Origin: a bacterium
GTDB lineage: Bacteria; Hinthialibacterota; Hinthialibacteria; Hinthialibacterales; Hinthialibacteraceae
Direction of reading: 5' to 3'
DNA: 15,608 bases
Assembly: GCA_963663405.2 (NCBI GenBank)
Contig: CAXXSM010000156.1
Span: 1-15,608, forward strand
This document shows, piece after piece, positions 1 through 8,395 of this stretch (the first letter of the stretch is position 1; the number at the start of each line of letters is the position of its first letter). A model generated the notes under the pieces. The model had not been told where the DNA came from, made no database searches, and saw only the letters and a list, made by a program, of their open reading frames with translations. Made by a program: the position numbers and the translations under genes.

Positions 1-25
1 TAGTCGTAGAAAGGAACTCATTCGT

Positions 26-736
26 ATGAACGAACGGCGTATCATTCTATCGATATCGGTTCCCAAGATACCTACTGATTTCGAATGGCTGCGGCAAATC
101 GGGGAACGACGGGCGCAATGGATTCCCTCCGATTGGCCAGTAGATTTAGAATTAACCGCCGATCGAAAAGGCGTAACCGGTCATCTCGGTGAAAATACAC
201 CGATCGACCAGATCGAAGCGTTGCGGGAACAGACAGAAGAAATCGATTGCCCATTACGCTCACTCTATCTTCCTTTCGATCCAACCTCCGATCCAGGAAC
301 GATTGGTAATGAACTCTCCGCAGTGAATGGCTGGACCGATCTGGCGGGTTATACAGGAATTTCTTTGATCCGTCTCCGGCTTATTTCGCCTTGCGATCGT
401 TCCCTGCTGGATCCTGAAAGCCCGCTGCGGCTGACGATCAACTACATGCGGGATAATAACATGCGAATCGCCCTATCGACTCCCGGAACGATTGAATCAG
501 CCATGGAAGAACTCATCAATTCGTACCCCCAAGAAGAGAACGTAGGATTCGATCTAGAAGCGCCGTCTCTTGATGATATTGACTCGATCGAAAAACCTCT
601 CACCAATCCATCCATCCAATCACTCCATTTCAATCTGTCTGAATCTCCCAACGCCAGTGATTCAAAAGAAAAACTTCAAACCGTTATTCAACGGCTTGAT
701 GACAATTCCCCCGCGATTGTATTATGCCTGGGATGA
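26..736 (+). CDS. Hypothetical protein, possibly a degenerate xylose-isomerase-like (AP_endonuc_2) TIM barrel
   Basis: 236-aa ORF with AAGGA upstream of ATG. Segments WTDLAGYTGISLIRL, YMRDNNMRIALST, ENVGFDLE and IQSLHFN follow the order of sugar-phosphate isomerase/epimerase barrels, but most metal ligands are missing. CDS likely real; fold assignment weak. Confidence 0.6.
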   Translation: MNERRIILSISVPKIPTDFEWLRQIGERRAQWIPSDWPVDLELTADRKGVTGHLGENTPIDQIEALREQTEEIDCPLRSLYLPFDPTSDPGTIGNELSAVNGWTDLAGYTGISLIRLRLISPCDRSLLDPESPLRLTINYMRDNNMRIALSTPGTIESAMEELINSYPQEENVGFDLEAPSLDDIDSIEKPLTNPSIQSLHFNLSESPNASDSKEKLQTVIQRLDDNSPAIVLCLG

Positions 737-886
737 AATATAAGATTGTATGAACCTTCTTTCAATATGCAAAGAGTAAATCTATCAGCGCTCTTCATTC
801 ACCATCCTACGATTATGATCTTGTTCAAAGTTTTTTTTACGAACAGAAAATTCGGCTATTCATCTCTAAAAAAATGACATTCTGTC

Positions 887-914
887 TTGACAACCCTTTA
901 ATTTATTAGATAAT
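887..914 (+). promoter_or_regulatory. Candidate sigma70-type promoter for rex
   Basis: Perfect TTGACA (887-892), 16-nt spacer, GATAAT (909-914), in a very AT-rich intergenic region. A further TATAAT lies at 917-922. Confidence 0.5.
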
Positions 915-1050
915 TCTATAATTAGTTAGCTATACATAATTTAAATAATATTATCAAAACTTTAAACAGCCCTATCTATACAGGGATAATAAACGAACTC
1001 AGGTATCAACCGTTCTTTCGTTTAAAATCAATCCTATATGGAGGTTTATC

Positions 1051-1818
1051 ATGGTGATCCAACTGCAATTCCCTGTTCAACAGGGAAAGAAAAATAATCC
1101 GGCTCTTCCAAAATCTAGTGGATTGAAGAATCCACTAAAACGGACTCAATTCAGCGATGCGGCCTTATACCGTATGTCTCGATATTTGAATGTTGTAAGA
1201 GAATTTCAACGAAAAGATATCCCTTATATATCCACATCGGATTTGGCGCTTCAATTGGGGATCAGCACGGCGTCTGTCAAGCAGGATTTCTTATCGTTAC
1301 GCTCGAAAGGCCGAACCGGTATCGGGTATGAGATCACGGAGTTGATGGAAGAATTCAATTCCATTCTTCTCCCAGGTGGATTTATTTCATTTGCGATTGT
1401 TGGATTCGGCAACATCGGCCAAGCCTTGGCCAATTATAAATCTCTTGCCCAACGGGGAATCAAACTGCAGGCGATTTTCGATATTAATCCAAAACTGCAA
1501 ACCTGCTCCGTGAAAGGCATCCAAGTGCGGGATGTGGAAGAAATCGTTTATCTATGCAGAGAGCTAAAAATTGACGCCGGCGCGATCTGCACACCCTCAT
1601 TCGCCGCGCAGGAAGCCGCCGATCTTTTAATCAAAGGCAGCGTGCGAGGTATCTGGAATTTCGCTCCCACGGAAATTACGGTACCCGATAACATTATCCT
1701 CATCCATGAACATATTCTCTGTGGTTTATACGCGATCTCTCACCGGCTAGGCAGAAAGGACCAAAATTCCAATGAGGAAGAGCCACACAAACTCGCTCAA
1801 ATCCACAGCAGATCTTAA
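1051..1818 (+). CDS. rex: Redox-sensing transcriptional repressor Rex
   Basis: GGAGG RBS before ATG. Winged-helix N-domain (AALYRMSRY...ISTSDLA...G.TGIGY), Rossmann motif IVGFGNIGQALANY, AIFD (ribose-binding Asp) and GIWNFAP are characteristic of Rex. Confidence 0.92.
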   Translation: MVIQLQFPVQQGKKNNPALPKSSGLKNPLKRTQFSDAALYRMSRYLNVVREFQRKDIPYISTSDLALQLGISTASVKQDFLSLRSKGRTGIGYEITELMEEFNSILLPGGFISFAIVGFGNIGQALANYKSLAQRGIKLQAIFDINPKLQTCSVKGIQVRDVEEIVYLCRELKIDAGAICTPSFAAQEAADLLIKGSVRGIWNFAPTEITVPDNIILIHEHILCGLYAISHRLGRKDQNSNEEEPHKLAQIHSRS

Positions 1819-1873
1819 ATTGAATTTACACTCAGATTGAGAAACGATCCTCATTCAATGAGCAAGCGATCCA

Positions 1874-3013
1874 TCAACGATCTTCCATCCAATCCAAAAT
1901 TTCCCCAATCCGGCGTTCGTAGGTATGGTTTTGTAAAACGCGGCGCCGGGCATTTTCCATGATTTTCTTTCGTTCCTCTTCTCTTTCAAGATAATAGGCG
2001 GTTTTTGCGCACAGATCACGTGTGTCACTCCAATACACCGCTTCCACACCCGGTTTAAAAAATTTCCCCGCCGCTGGAACCCAATCGGAAAGAAGAAATC
2101 CTCCGGCCACCGGCGCGTTGTAATCCCGTTGGTTAAGACTCCCCCGGCATTGAACGCTGTGGATATTGAGATTGATCGTGGCGGAGGCGAATAGTTTAGG
2201 CAGATCCTTGGCGGGATCCGCCGGTCCATGAAAGTGTTTCACTAAAGGAGAATCCGCGAGAAGTTTCTCCCAATCTTCATTGCCGTAAATACGCAGATCG
2301 AAATCCGTCAGCGCTTCCAGCGCGCGGATACGATATCGGTTGTTGGTCTCCCAATAGAGATAGTGCGCGGTTTCAGGGGTTATGCGGATGCGTTTCTCCG
2401 GAGACAAGGGATACGCTTCCGCCAGTTCATCAAATGTTGATTCCCGCCGCTTGAGTTTCCGCTCTACCAACTGGATCACATACTCTCTCATTGCGGGATC
2501 GAGTTGGTTGGCCCGTTCTGATTGATCGATGACACCGCCAACGAAACAGATATCGCATGCGAACGCCGCGTCATATTCACCCGGCCCAGTCATGTCACAA
2601 GCGAGAGGAAAAAATCCGCAATCACGTGGAGTGAATGGATTGAGCCATTCTAAATACGTTTCATCAAAACAGAACACATATTCATCTTTCTCGAACGGCT
2701 GGTTGACGAAAAAACGTGGATCATCAAGATACCAAATCCATTTCTTCCCCGGCAAAGGGCGGCTTGAAGAAGGAATTTCAAGGTAGTCGTAGAACTGCGC
2801 CGCCGATTGATTAATCAACAAAATCCAATCGGTGGGATTTTGGAAACAACACTCACGCAGAACAGCCTTCGCGCCACGTTCGGTCAGGGAGGCCCGTGCC
2901 AGATCAACGCGCCACCCGCGCTGTTCCAGCGCCTCCAGTATCCGGCGTTTAAACAATCCATAACCCCGGTCAGAATCGTCGGCGTAAGTCCATATTGAAG
3001 GCATTTGGTTCAC
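1874..3013 (-). CDS. Glycosyltransferase, CgeB/YkvP-like (Glyco_trans_1_2 domain)
   Basis: Motifs WYLDDP, DICFVG, LRIYG..W, ATINLNIH...LNQR...AGGFLLSD...FKPGVEAVYW and HTYERR. Start is GTG 3013 or ATG 3004. Confidence 0.85.
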   Translation of the reverse strand: MNQMPSIWTYADDSDRGYGLFKRRILEALEQRGWRVDLARASLTERGAKAVLRECCFQNPTDWILLINQSAAQFYDYLEIPSSSRPLPGKKWIWYLDDPRFFVNQPFEKDEYVFCFDETYLEWLNPFTPRDCGFFPLACDMTGPGEYDAAFACDICFVGGVIDQSERANQLDPAMREYVIQLVERKLKRRESTFDELAEAYPLSPEKRIRITPETAHYLYWETNNRYRIRALEALTDFDLRIYGNEDWEKLLADSPLVKHFHGPADPAKDLPKLFASATINLNIHSVQCRGSLNQRDYNAPVAGGFLLSDWVPAAGKFFKPGVEAVYWSDTRDLCAKTAYYLEREEERKKIMENARRRVLQNHTYERRIGEILDWMEDR

Positions 3014-3053
3014 TCATCGAATTCGTTGACGGTTTTTCCCCATCCACCATAAC

Positions 3054-3082
3054 TTGGGACAATCCAGCAATCTGACTATACT
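3054..3082 (+). promoter_or_regulatory. Candidate sigma70-type promoter for the ccsB-ccsA operon
   Basis: TTGGGA (3054-3059), 17 nt, TATACT (3077-3082). A second candidate, TTGACG-N16-CATAAC, lies at 3026-3053. Confidence 0.4.
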
Positions 3083-3154
3083 TCCACATAATCGGCGCAT
3101 CGAGCGTATGCCGCGCTCCCGATACTTGATCCTATTCTCAAACGGTGAAAACGA

Positions 3155-4951
3155 TTGAATCTTACAATAAAAAAAATCTTTGATTTTTTCGCCTCGTTGA
3201 AACTCGCCGTGATTTTGCTGGCCGTATTTATCGTCATTCTCACCTGGGCTACATTTTACGAATCCGCAGCGAGTACGGAAGCGGTCCAACGTTTGGTTTA
3301 TAACAGCGTTTGGTTCGATCTGTTTTTATTGGTTCTGGGCCTGAACGTTCTCTGCTCAACCTTGGCCCGCTATCCCTGGCGCAAAAGCCAAGTGGGTTTT
3401 GTGATTACGCATCTTGGGATACTAATCCTTTTACTCGGCGCCGCAATCACAAACCAATTTGGGATCGAAGGAAACATCGCGCTGTTTGAAGGGGAGAGCG
3501 CCGATTCCATCATTCTGCCGGAAATGGCGCTGTCCGTTTCGGTTCCTCAACTGAATATCCAAAAGGATTTCGATCCCTGGTTTATGAAGAAACGCCTACC
3601 CGAAGGGGAAGAGATCCGGTATTCAATCGATAACGATACGGCCTTGTATGTCGAACGCTATCTCGTCAATCCACAGCTATCCGATGTTGTCACTCCAGAT
3701 GGAACCGCGCCGAATCCAGCTGTCCATCTCACAATTTTCCAAACCAGCCAACCCGCGAACGCAATCGATCAATGGCTCCTCGTGGACGATCCTGCGCGAA
3801 ATACGCTCGATCTACAAAAAGCAAAGGCCGTCTTTCAGCGCGTCGAATCGCTAGAAGCATTAGATTCGCTTCTCGCACCGCCCAAACTTCCCAACCTAGA
3901 CGCGCGGGGAGAGTTGCTGCTCCTCGATCAAGCAAATCAAGTCGTCCAACGGATCAATGTTGAAGAATTAATCAACGGTCCATATACCTTCCAATACAAC
4001 GGCGCCCCCTACGCGGTGAAATTCATTACATTCATGCCCCGCGCGCTGGTGGAAAACAAAGAATTGGTCAATAAAGAAAAAGGCGCGCTGAATCCACTTC
4101 TAAAATTTGAAATTCACGGCCCGGACTGGACCGAAAGCCATCATGCGTTTTCTCTATTTCCTACGCTCGGATCACGGCATGGAAAACAAGAATCCCACAG
4201 CGGTCTTTCTGGCCGTTTCACATACCCCATCGATCCCGATTCAACCTTCGAAAACAACGCGCGCATTCTTTTAGGTCCGGAGGGAAATCTGTATTACCGC
4301 GTCATGAACGTGGATGGAGATTTCGCATCCGGAAAAGTCGAATCTGGGAATATTTTCCAAACAACATGGAACGATCTCTCCATGCGTGTCGATGAGTTCT
4401 ACCCCCAAGCGAAATTGACACAAGAATACATCGAAGGGGGCGTTCATACCATCCATTCCCACAATCCACCACTCGTCTTCCTGCGGTTGGAACATAGTGG
4501 AGAAACGAAAGAATTAACCGCCGCATATAACAGCGAGGAAGAAGTGACCGCCGGTACAGATCGTTTCCTCGTCTCCTTCGGCCCCAAACGAATTCCACTC
4601 GGATTCACAATTAAGCTGATCGAATTCAGCGCCCCCACTTATAAAGGCACCAAGCGGCCTGCGCAGTTTCAAAGCCTTGTAAACATCATCGATCCCGAAC
4701 AAGGAATTGAGCGGGAACAATTAATCTACATGAACAATCCATTGGCCCATCGAGGCTATCTGTTCTACCAATCCAGCTATGAACCCGGGCAGAACGGCGC
4801 GCCTGATCAATCCGTCTTTTCCGTAGCCTGCGCGCCCGGCACACCCGTGATCTATTTGGGATCGATCGTTCTCGTGTTAGGGATGATCTATCTCTACTTC
4901 TCAAAACGCCGCGCTCCACGAACGTTGTCTTCCGGCGCCGCGTCATCATAG
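3155..4951 (+). CDS. resB: Cytochrome c biogenesis protein ResB/CcsB (System II)
   Basis: TTG start with GGTGA upstream. Three N-terminal TM helices with SLKLAV, VYNSVWF and GFVITHLG (conserved TM His), a large periplasmic region, then MNNPL.HRGY.FYQSSY and PG.PVIYLG before a final TM helix. Adjacent to ccsA. Confidence 0.88.
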   Translation: MNLTIKKIFDFFASLKLAVILLAVFIVILTWATFYESAASTEAVQRLVYNSVWFDLFLLVLGLNVLCSTLARYPWRKSQVGFVITHLGILILLLGAAITNQFGIEGNIALFEGESADSIILPEMALSVSVPQLNIQKDFDPWFMKKRLPEGEEIRYSIDNDTALYVERYLVNPQLSDVVTPDGTAPNPAVHLTIFQTSQPANAIDQWLLVDDPARNTLDLQKAKAVFQRVESLEALDSLLAPPKLPNLDARGELLLLDQANQVVQRINVEELINGPYTFQYNGAPYAVKFITFMPRALVENKELVNKEKGALNPLLKFEIHGPDWTESHHAFSLFPTLGSRHGKQESHSGLSGRFTYPIDPDSTFENNARILLGPEGNLYYRVMNVDGDFASGKVESGNIFQTTWNDLSMRVDEFYPQAKLTQEYIEGGVHTIHSHNPPLVFLRLEHSGETKELTAAYNSEEEVTAGTDRFLVSFGPKRIPLGFTIKLIEFSAPTYKGTKRPAQFQSLVNIIDPEQGIEREQLIYMNNPLAHRGYLFYQSSYEPGQNGAPDQSVFSVACAPGTPVIYLGSIVLVLGMIYLYFSKRRAPRTLSSGAASS

Positions 4952-4963
4952 GAGAATTTAACA

Positions 4964-6616
4964 GTGAAACGTTTTTTTTTACTCAGTATAGTATGGCTTA
5001 GCCTCGTTCCCGCTCTCCAGGCGATCGAGCCGCCTTCGAATTTCAATTACGAACATTTACGAAGTCTTCCCATTTTAGATGATGGCCGGTACAAACCATT
5101 GGACTCCTATGCGGGAAAGATGATGGATCTCATTACCGGCCGCTGGAAATTCCACGGTCATGAGCCTTCGGCCATGCTGGCTTTCATTCTAGCCGATCCC
5201 GCATGGACCCAGATCGAAATGATCCGGATCGACTACCACCCGCTTAAACAAGAGATCGGTCTCGATCTCAGCCGCCATTATTACTCATACGAAGAACTAC
5301 AGGCCAACGCGCCATTGAGTGGTTGGATGAGCCGTGTCCAACAAAAAAGTATGAGCGGCCTCGCATTCACAAAAATCGAAAGCGCCGTCGCTAAAATCAT
5401 GAATCAGATGAACGATCTCCTGGAACTCGAGTCTGGAAGCGCGCTCACCATCGTGCCGCCTCCTGGAGAGAACGACGACGATGGTTGGCTTGCGATCAAC
5501 GAGTCCTGGGGATATCCAGAAGAGACCGAAACAAAAATCAAGGCCGCGTATGAATCCATGCTGGAGGCGGTGAGAACGGAAAACGCCGAAGATTTCGAAA
5601 CGCATAGCGCCACGCTGAAACACCTTCTAACAAACTTGAATCCGAAGTTATCCATCCCCTTTGAGAACATAGACATGGAAGTGTTCTATAACCAATTCCG
5701 GCCATTTATGAAAGCCTGGATTTGCTGTCTGCTGGCCTTTCTCATCTTTCTGCTTTCATTTCATATCACACGGCCCGTTGTCTATTGGACCGCCTTCGCT
5801 TTTATGCTCGCAGGATTCACTCTCAGCGCGTATGGGCTGTTGCTCCGCGCGCTGATCGCCGGATGGGTGCCCGTGACCAATATGTACGAATCGATGGTTT
5901 TTGTCGGCTGGGGGATTCTCGGTTTCGCGCTGGTGTTTGAGGGATTATATCGCAGACGGTGGTTTGCGGCGGTAGGCTCCGCGCTGGGAGTGGGGATGTT
6001 GATTCTAGCGGATTTCCTTCCCTTCGATTCGAACATTGAACCGCTCGTACCCGTTCTGCGCAGTAATTATTGGCTGATTTTGCACGTACTGACGATCACC
6101 CTGAGCTACAGCGCCTTCGCATTGGCGATGGGTTTGGCGCATATCAACCTCGCTCTCTATTTTTTCGGGCGCCAATGGAAGGACCTGTTGAATGATATGA
6201 GTTTGTTCGTCTATTGGATTCTGCAAGTAGGCACGGTCTTTCTCGCGGCGGGTACAATTCTAGGAGGCGTCTGGGCGGCGGAATCGTGGGGGCGATTCTG
6301 GGGCTGGGACCCAAAAGAGACTTGGGCGTTGATCTGTTTCTTGGGTTACATGGCGATCCTGCACGCGCGCCGAAGCGGCTGGCTCAGGGATTTCGGAACG
6401 GCGGTTTGCTCCATCTTCGGGTTCTGGCTGGTCTTAATGACGTGGTACGGCGTCAACTTTGTCTTGGGAACTGGACTCCACAGCTACGGCTTCGGCTCTG
6501 GAGGAGAACCATTCGTCATCGCCTATTTAATTGGAGAAACCCTCTTCGTCATCGCAGTGTTTATAAAATATAATTCAATGAACCAAATCGCAAGTGAGGA
6601 AAGCGGCGCTGGATGA
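4964..6616 (+). CDS. ccsA: Cytochrome c biogenesis protein CcsA/ResC with extended N-terminal periplasmic domain
   Basis: AGGAG RBS and GTG start. WWD motif WAAESWGRFWGWDPKETWA, His ligands in WLILHV and GLHSYG, PVTNMYES, PLVPVLRSNYW. Signal-peptide-like N-terminus followed by GRYKPLDS. Confidence 0.95.
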   Translation: MKRFFLLSIVWLSLVPALQAIEPPSNFNYEHLRSLPILDDGRYKPLDSYAGKMMDLITGRWKFHGHEPSAMLAFILADPAWTQIEMIRIDYHPLKQEIGLDLSRHYYSYEELQANAPLSGWMSRVQQKSMSGLAFTKIESAVAKIMNQMNDLLELESGSALTIVPPPGENDDDGWLAINESWGYPEETETKIKAAYESMLEAVRTENAEDFETHSATLKHLLTNLNPKLSIPFENIDMEVFYNQFRPFMKAWICCLLAFLIFLLSFHITRPVVYWTAFAFMLAGFTLSAYGLLLRALIAGWVPVTNMYESMVFVGWGILGFALVFEGLYRRRWFAAVGSALGVGMLILADFLPFDSNIEPLVPVLRSNYWLILHVLTITLSYSAFALAMGLAHINLALYFFGRQWKDLLNDMSLFVYWILQVGTVFLAAGTILGGVWAAESWGRFWGWDPKETWALICFLGYMAILHARRSGWLRDFGTAVCSIFGFWLVLMTWYGVNFVLGTGLHSYGFGSGGEPFVIAYLIGETLFVIAVFIKYNSMNQIASEESGAG

Positions 6617-6633
6617 GAATCCATCACAATATT

Positions 6634-7968
6634 TCACTTTTGCTTATTGTATGTTTCATGAACACAACATGCGCTCACCAAGGCGATTACAGCAAAAACA
6701 ACATAATACCAAAACGCATGACAGTACGCCTCAACCGGATACCCTTCCATAGGCTTTCCATAGGAATCCAGAATCAAACCAATCAACGGCTGCGCGAGCG
6801 CCGCGCCTAAAAATGGGAATCCATTGACCAATCCCATTGCGGTTCCTGTTATGGAAAGAGGAAACGATTCCTTGGTCGCGGCGAATCCAATCACAGACGA
6901 CGCGCATCCAAAAACACCAAACGCGAAACACCAAATATAGAATAGCCAAATGGGGATTCCACTCGGGCGAAGCGCAATCAGTACAACGAGAAATAACATA
7001 CAGAGGGAGGAAAAGATTAAAACAATCTTACGTGACTTGAAAATATGGTCTGACAGATAACTGAAAGCTGGACTCCCAGCGATAATTCCTACAGCCATCA
7101 TACTCAATATATAGCCAGCCTGCGGTTTCGTGAGTTCATAGACGTCCATCAAATAGGGTCCCCCCCAGAGACCGCCGAAACTGAAAAAAATACCAAAATT
7201 AAAAAAATACCATAACGAAATCGGCCAAAAGCGATTCGACCAAACCACACTCTTCATCGCATCCCACAAAGCCAAGGAAGAAGGAGACTGATTCGGCGGG
7301 GAATTGCCCGCGCCGATTTTCGGATAGTTCAATTCCTCTGGAGAATTCCGAACGAATATCCATATCATCAGAGCCGAGAACAGCGTGATCACTCCAATAC
7401 CGATAAAACTCCCCCGCCATCCCACTAACGAACTCATGCAGGCCAAAGGAGTGGCCGCTGTCAGAGCGCCGATTCCCCCTGTCGTCATGATCAACCCAGT
7501 CATGAAGGAGAATTCCTTGATTGTAAACCAGCGAGTAAGGATCTTCATGATGGGAACAAAGAACATAGCGACGCCGGCTCCAACTAAAACGCGGGCCACA
7601 ATGGCAAAACCGGCGGATGAAGCCAATCCGAATGCGATGGATGCGGCACCCGCCAGAATAAAAAAACTGGTAATGGTTTTGCGCGGCCCCCATGAATCGG
7701 AAAGAAGCCCGGATGGGATTTGCATGAATGCGTAAGGATAAAAATACGCAGAGGCGAGGAGTCCCATAAGGCCGCCTCCAGTATGCAAATCCTCCATCAA
7801 ATCCCGAGCGACGACCGCAGGGCAAAGACGATGAAAATTGACCAATAAATACCCCACCGCGAGAAACGCGAAAACAAACCAACGATACACAGCGAAAGGA
7901 GTGGAGCAGGATGGTCTAAAAATGGAGCGAAGCCCAATCCAACGTATTACGTCTTTCTTATCCGACAT
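6634..7968 (-). CDS. Major facilitator superfamily transporter
   Basis: About 12 hydrophobic segments; MFS motif A GLLSDSWGPRK and its repeat YLSDHIFKSRK; ARVLVGAG and GWR motifs. Substrate not assignable. Confidence 0.92.
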   Translation of the reverse strand: MSDKKDVIRWIGLRSIFRPSCSTPFAVYRWFVFAFLAVGYLLVNFHRLCPAVVARDLMEDLHTGGGLMGLLASAYFYPYAFMQIPSGLLSDSWGPRKTITSFFILAGAASIAFGLASSAGFAIVARVLVGAGVAMFFVPIMKILTRWFTIKEFSFMTGLIMTTGGIGALTAATPLACMSSLVGWRGSFIGIGVITLFSALMIWIFVRNSPEELNYPKIGAGNSPPNQSPSSLALWDAMKSVVWSNRFWPISLWYFFNFGIFFSFGGLWGGPYLMDVYELTKPQAGYILSMMAVGIIAGSPAFSYLSDHIFKSRKIVLIFSSLCMLFLVVLIALRPSGIPIWLFYIWCFAFGVFGCASSVIGFAATKESFPLSITGTAMGLVNGFPFLGAALAQPLIGLILDSYGKPMEGYPVEAYCHAFWYYVVFAVIALVSACCVHETYNKQK

Positions 7969-8059
7969 TTTAATATCAACACTAGATAATCGGTGGGTTA
8001 ATAAAGCGCGAGGCGCCCTACATGACTGTAATTTTTCCCTTCAGTCTTCAGCCTTCAAC

Positions 8060-8320
8060 CTATTTACCTGACGAAGTCCGGCATTTTAAAATCAACACAA
8101 GCCCGGCGAGAAACACAACGCCACCCGAAGCGATAAAGATATACCCTTCCCTCTTCGACGATTTCCAATCCGAGGGCGCGTTCTCTCCCATGATGTCTTC
8201 CGCGAAAGAAATCACCTGATCCACTTCCGTTGGCTGCATTTTGTTGTATCCAACATAACACAAAACACCGCCCACCAAGACTAAAATACAACCAATGATA
8301 ATGAACTCAGAACGTACCAT
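8060..8320 (-). CDS. Small two-TM membrane protein (DUF3185-like)
   Basis: Two hydrophobic Gly-rich helices (IIIGCILVLVGGVLCYVGY; IFIASGGVVFLAGLVLIL) around a short loop. Start may be ATG 8320 or as far up as 8365. Confidence 0.65.
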   Translation of the reverse strand: MVRSEFIIIGCILVLVGGVLCYVGYNKMQPTEVDQVISFAEDIMGENAPSDWKSSKREGYIFIASGGVVFLAGLVLILKCRTSSGK

Positions 8321-8395
8321 GAGAGATATCCGTTTTCTTTTTGATAGAATAAATACATTGTGCAAAAAACCCAGCGCAAAGACAAGGGAGCGGAA

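Noticed and set aside
737-1050. Canonical Rex box or Fur box upstream of rex
   Set aside because: Best Rex-like candidates are half-sites only; the Fur-like 19-mer at 937-955 matches only about 10/19 in very AT-rich DNA.
1850-1862. Palindrome CTCATT-C-AATGAG between convergent rex and glycosyltransferase, resembling the 11-bp motif ends
   Set aside because: Only 6-bp arms with a 1-nt loop; too short for a terminator and likely chance.
4949-4951. Genome-wide TAG recoding (pyrrolysine or alternative code)
   Set aside because: No gene here is interrupted by TAG within a domain, the small membrane gene ends normally at TAG (8060-8062), and this TAG overlaps the ccsA RBS.
7199-7882. 227-aa alternative-frame ORF inside the MFS gene
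   Set aside because: Fully nested in a well-supported CDS, with no recognisable motif.
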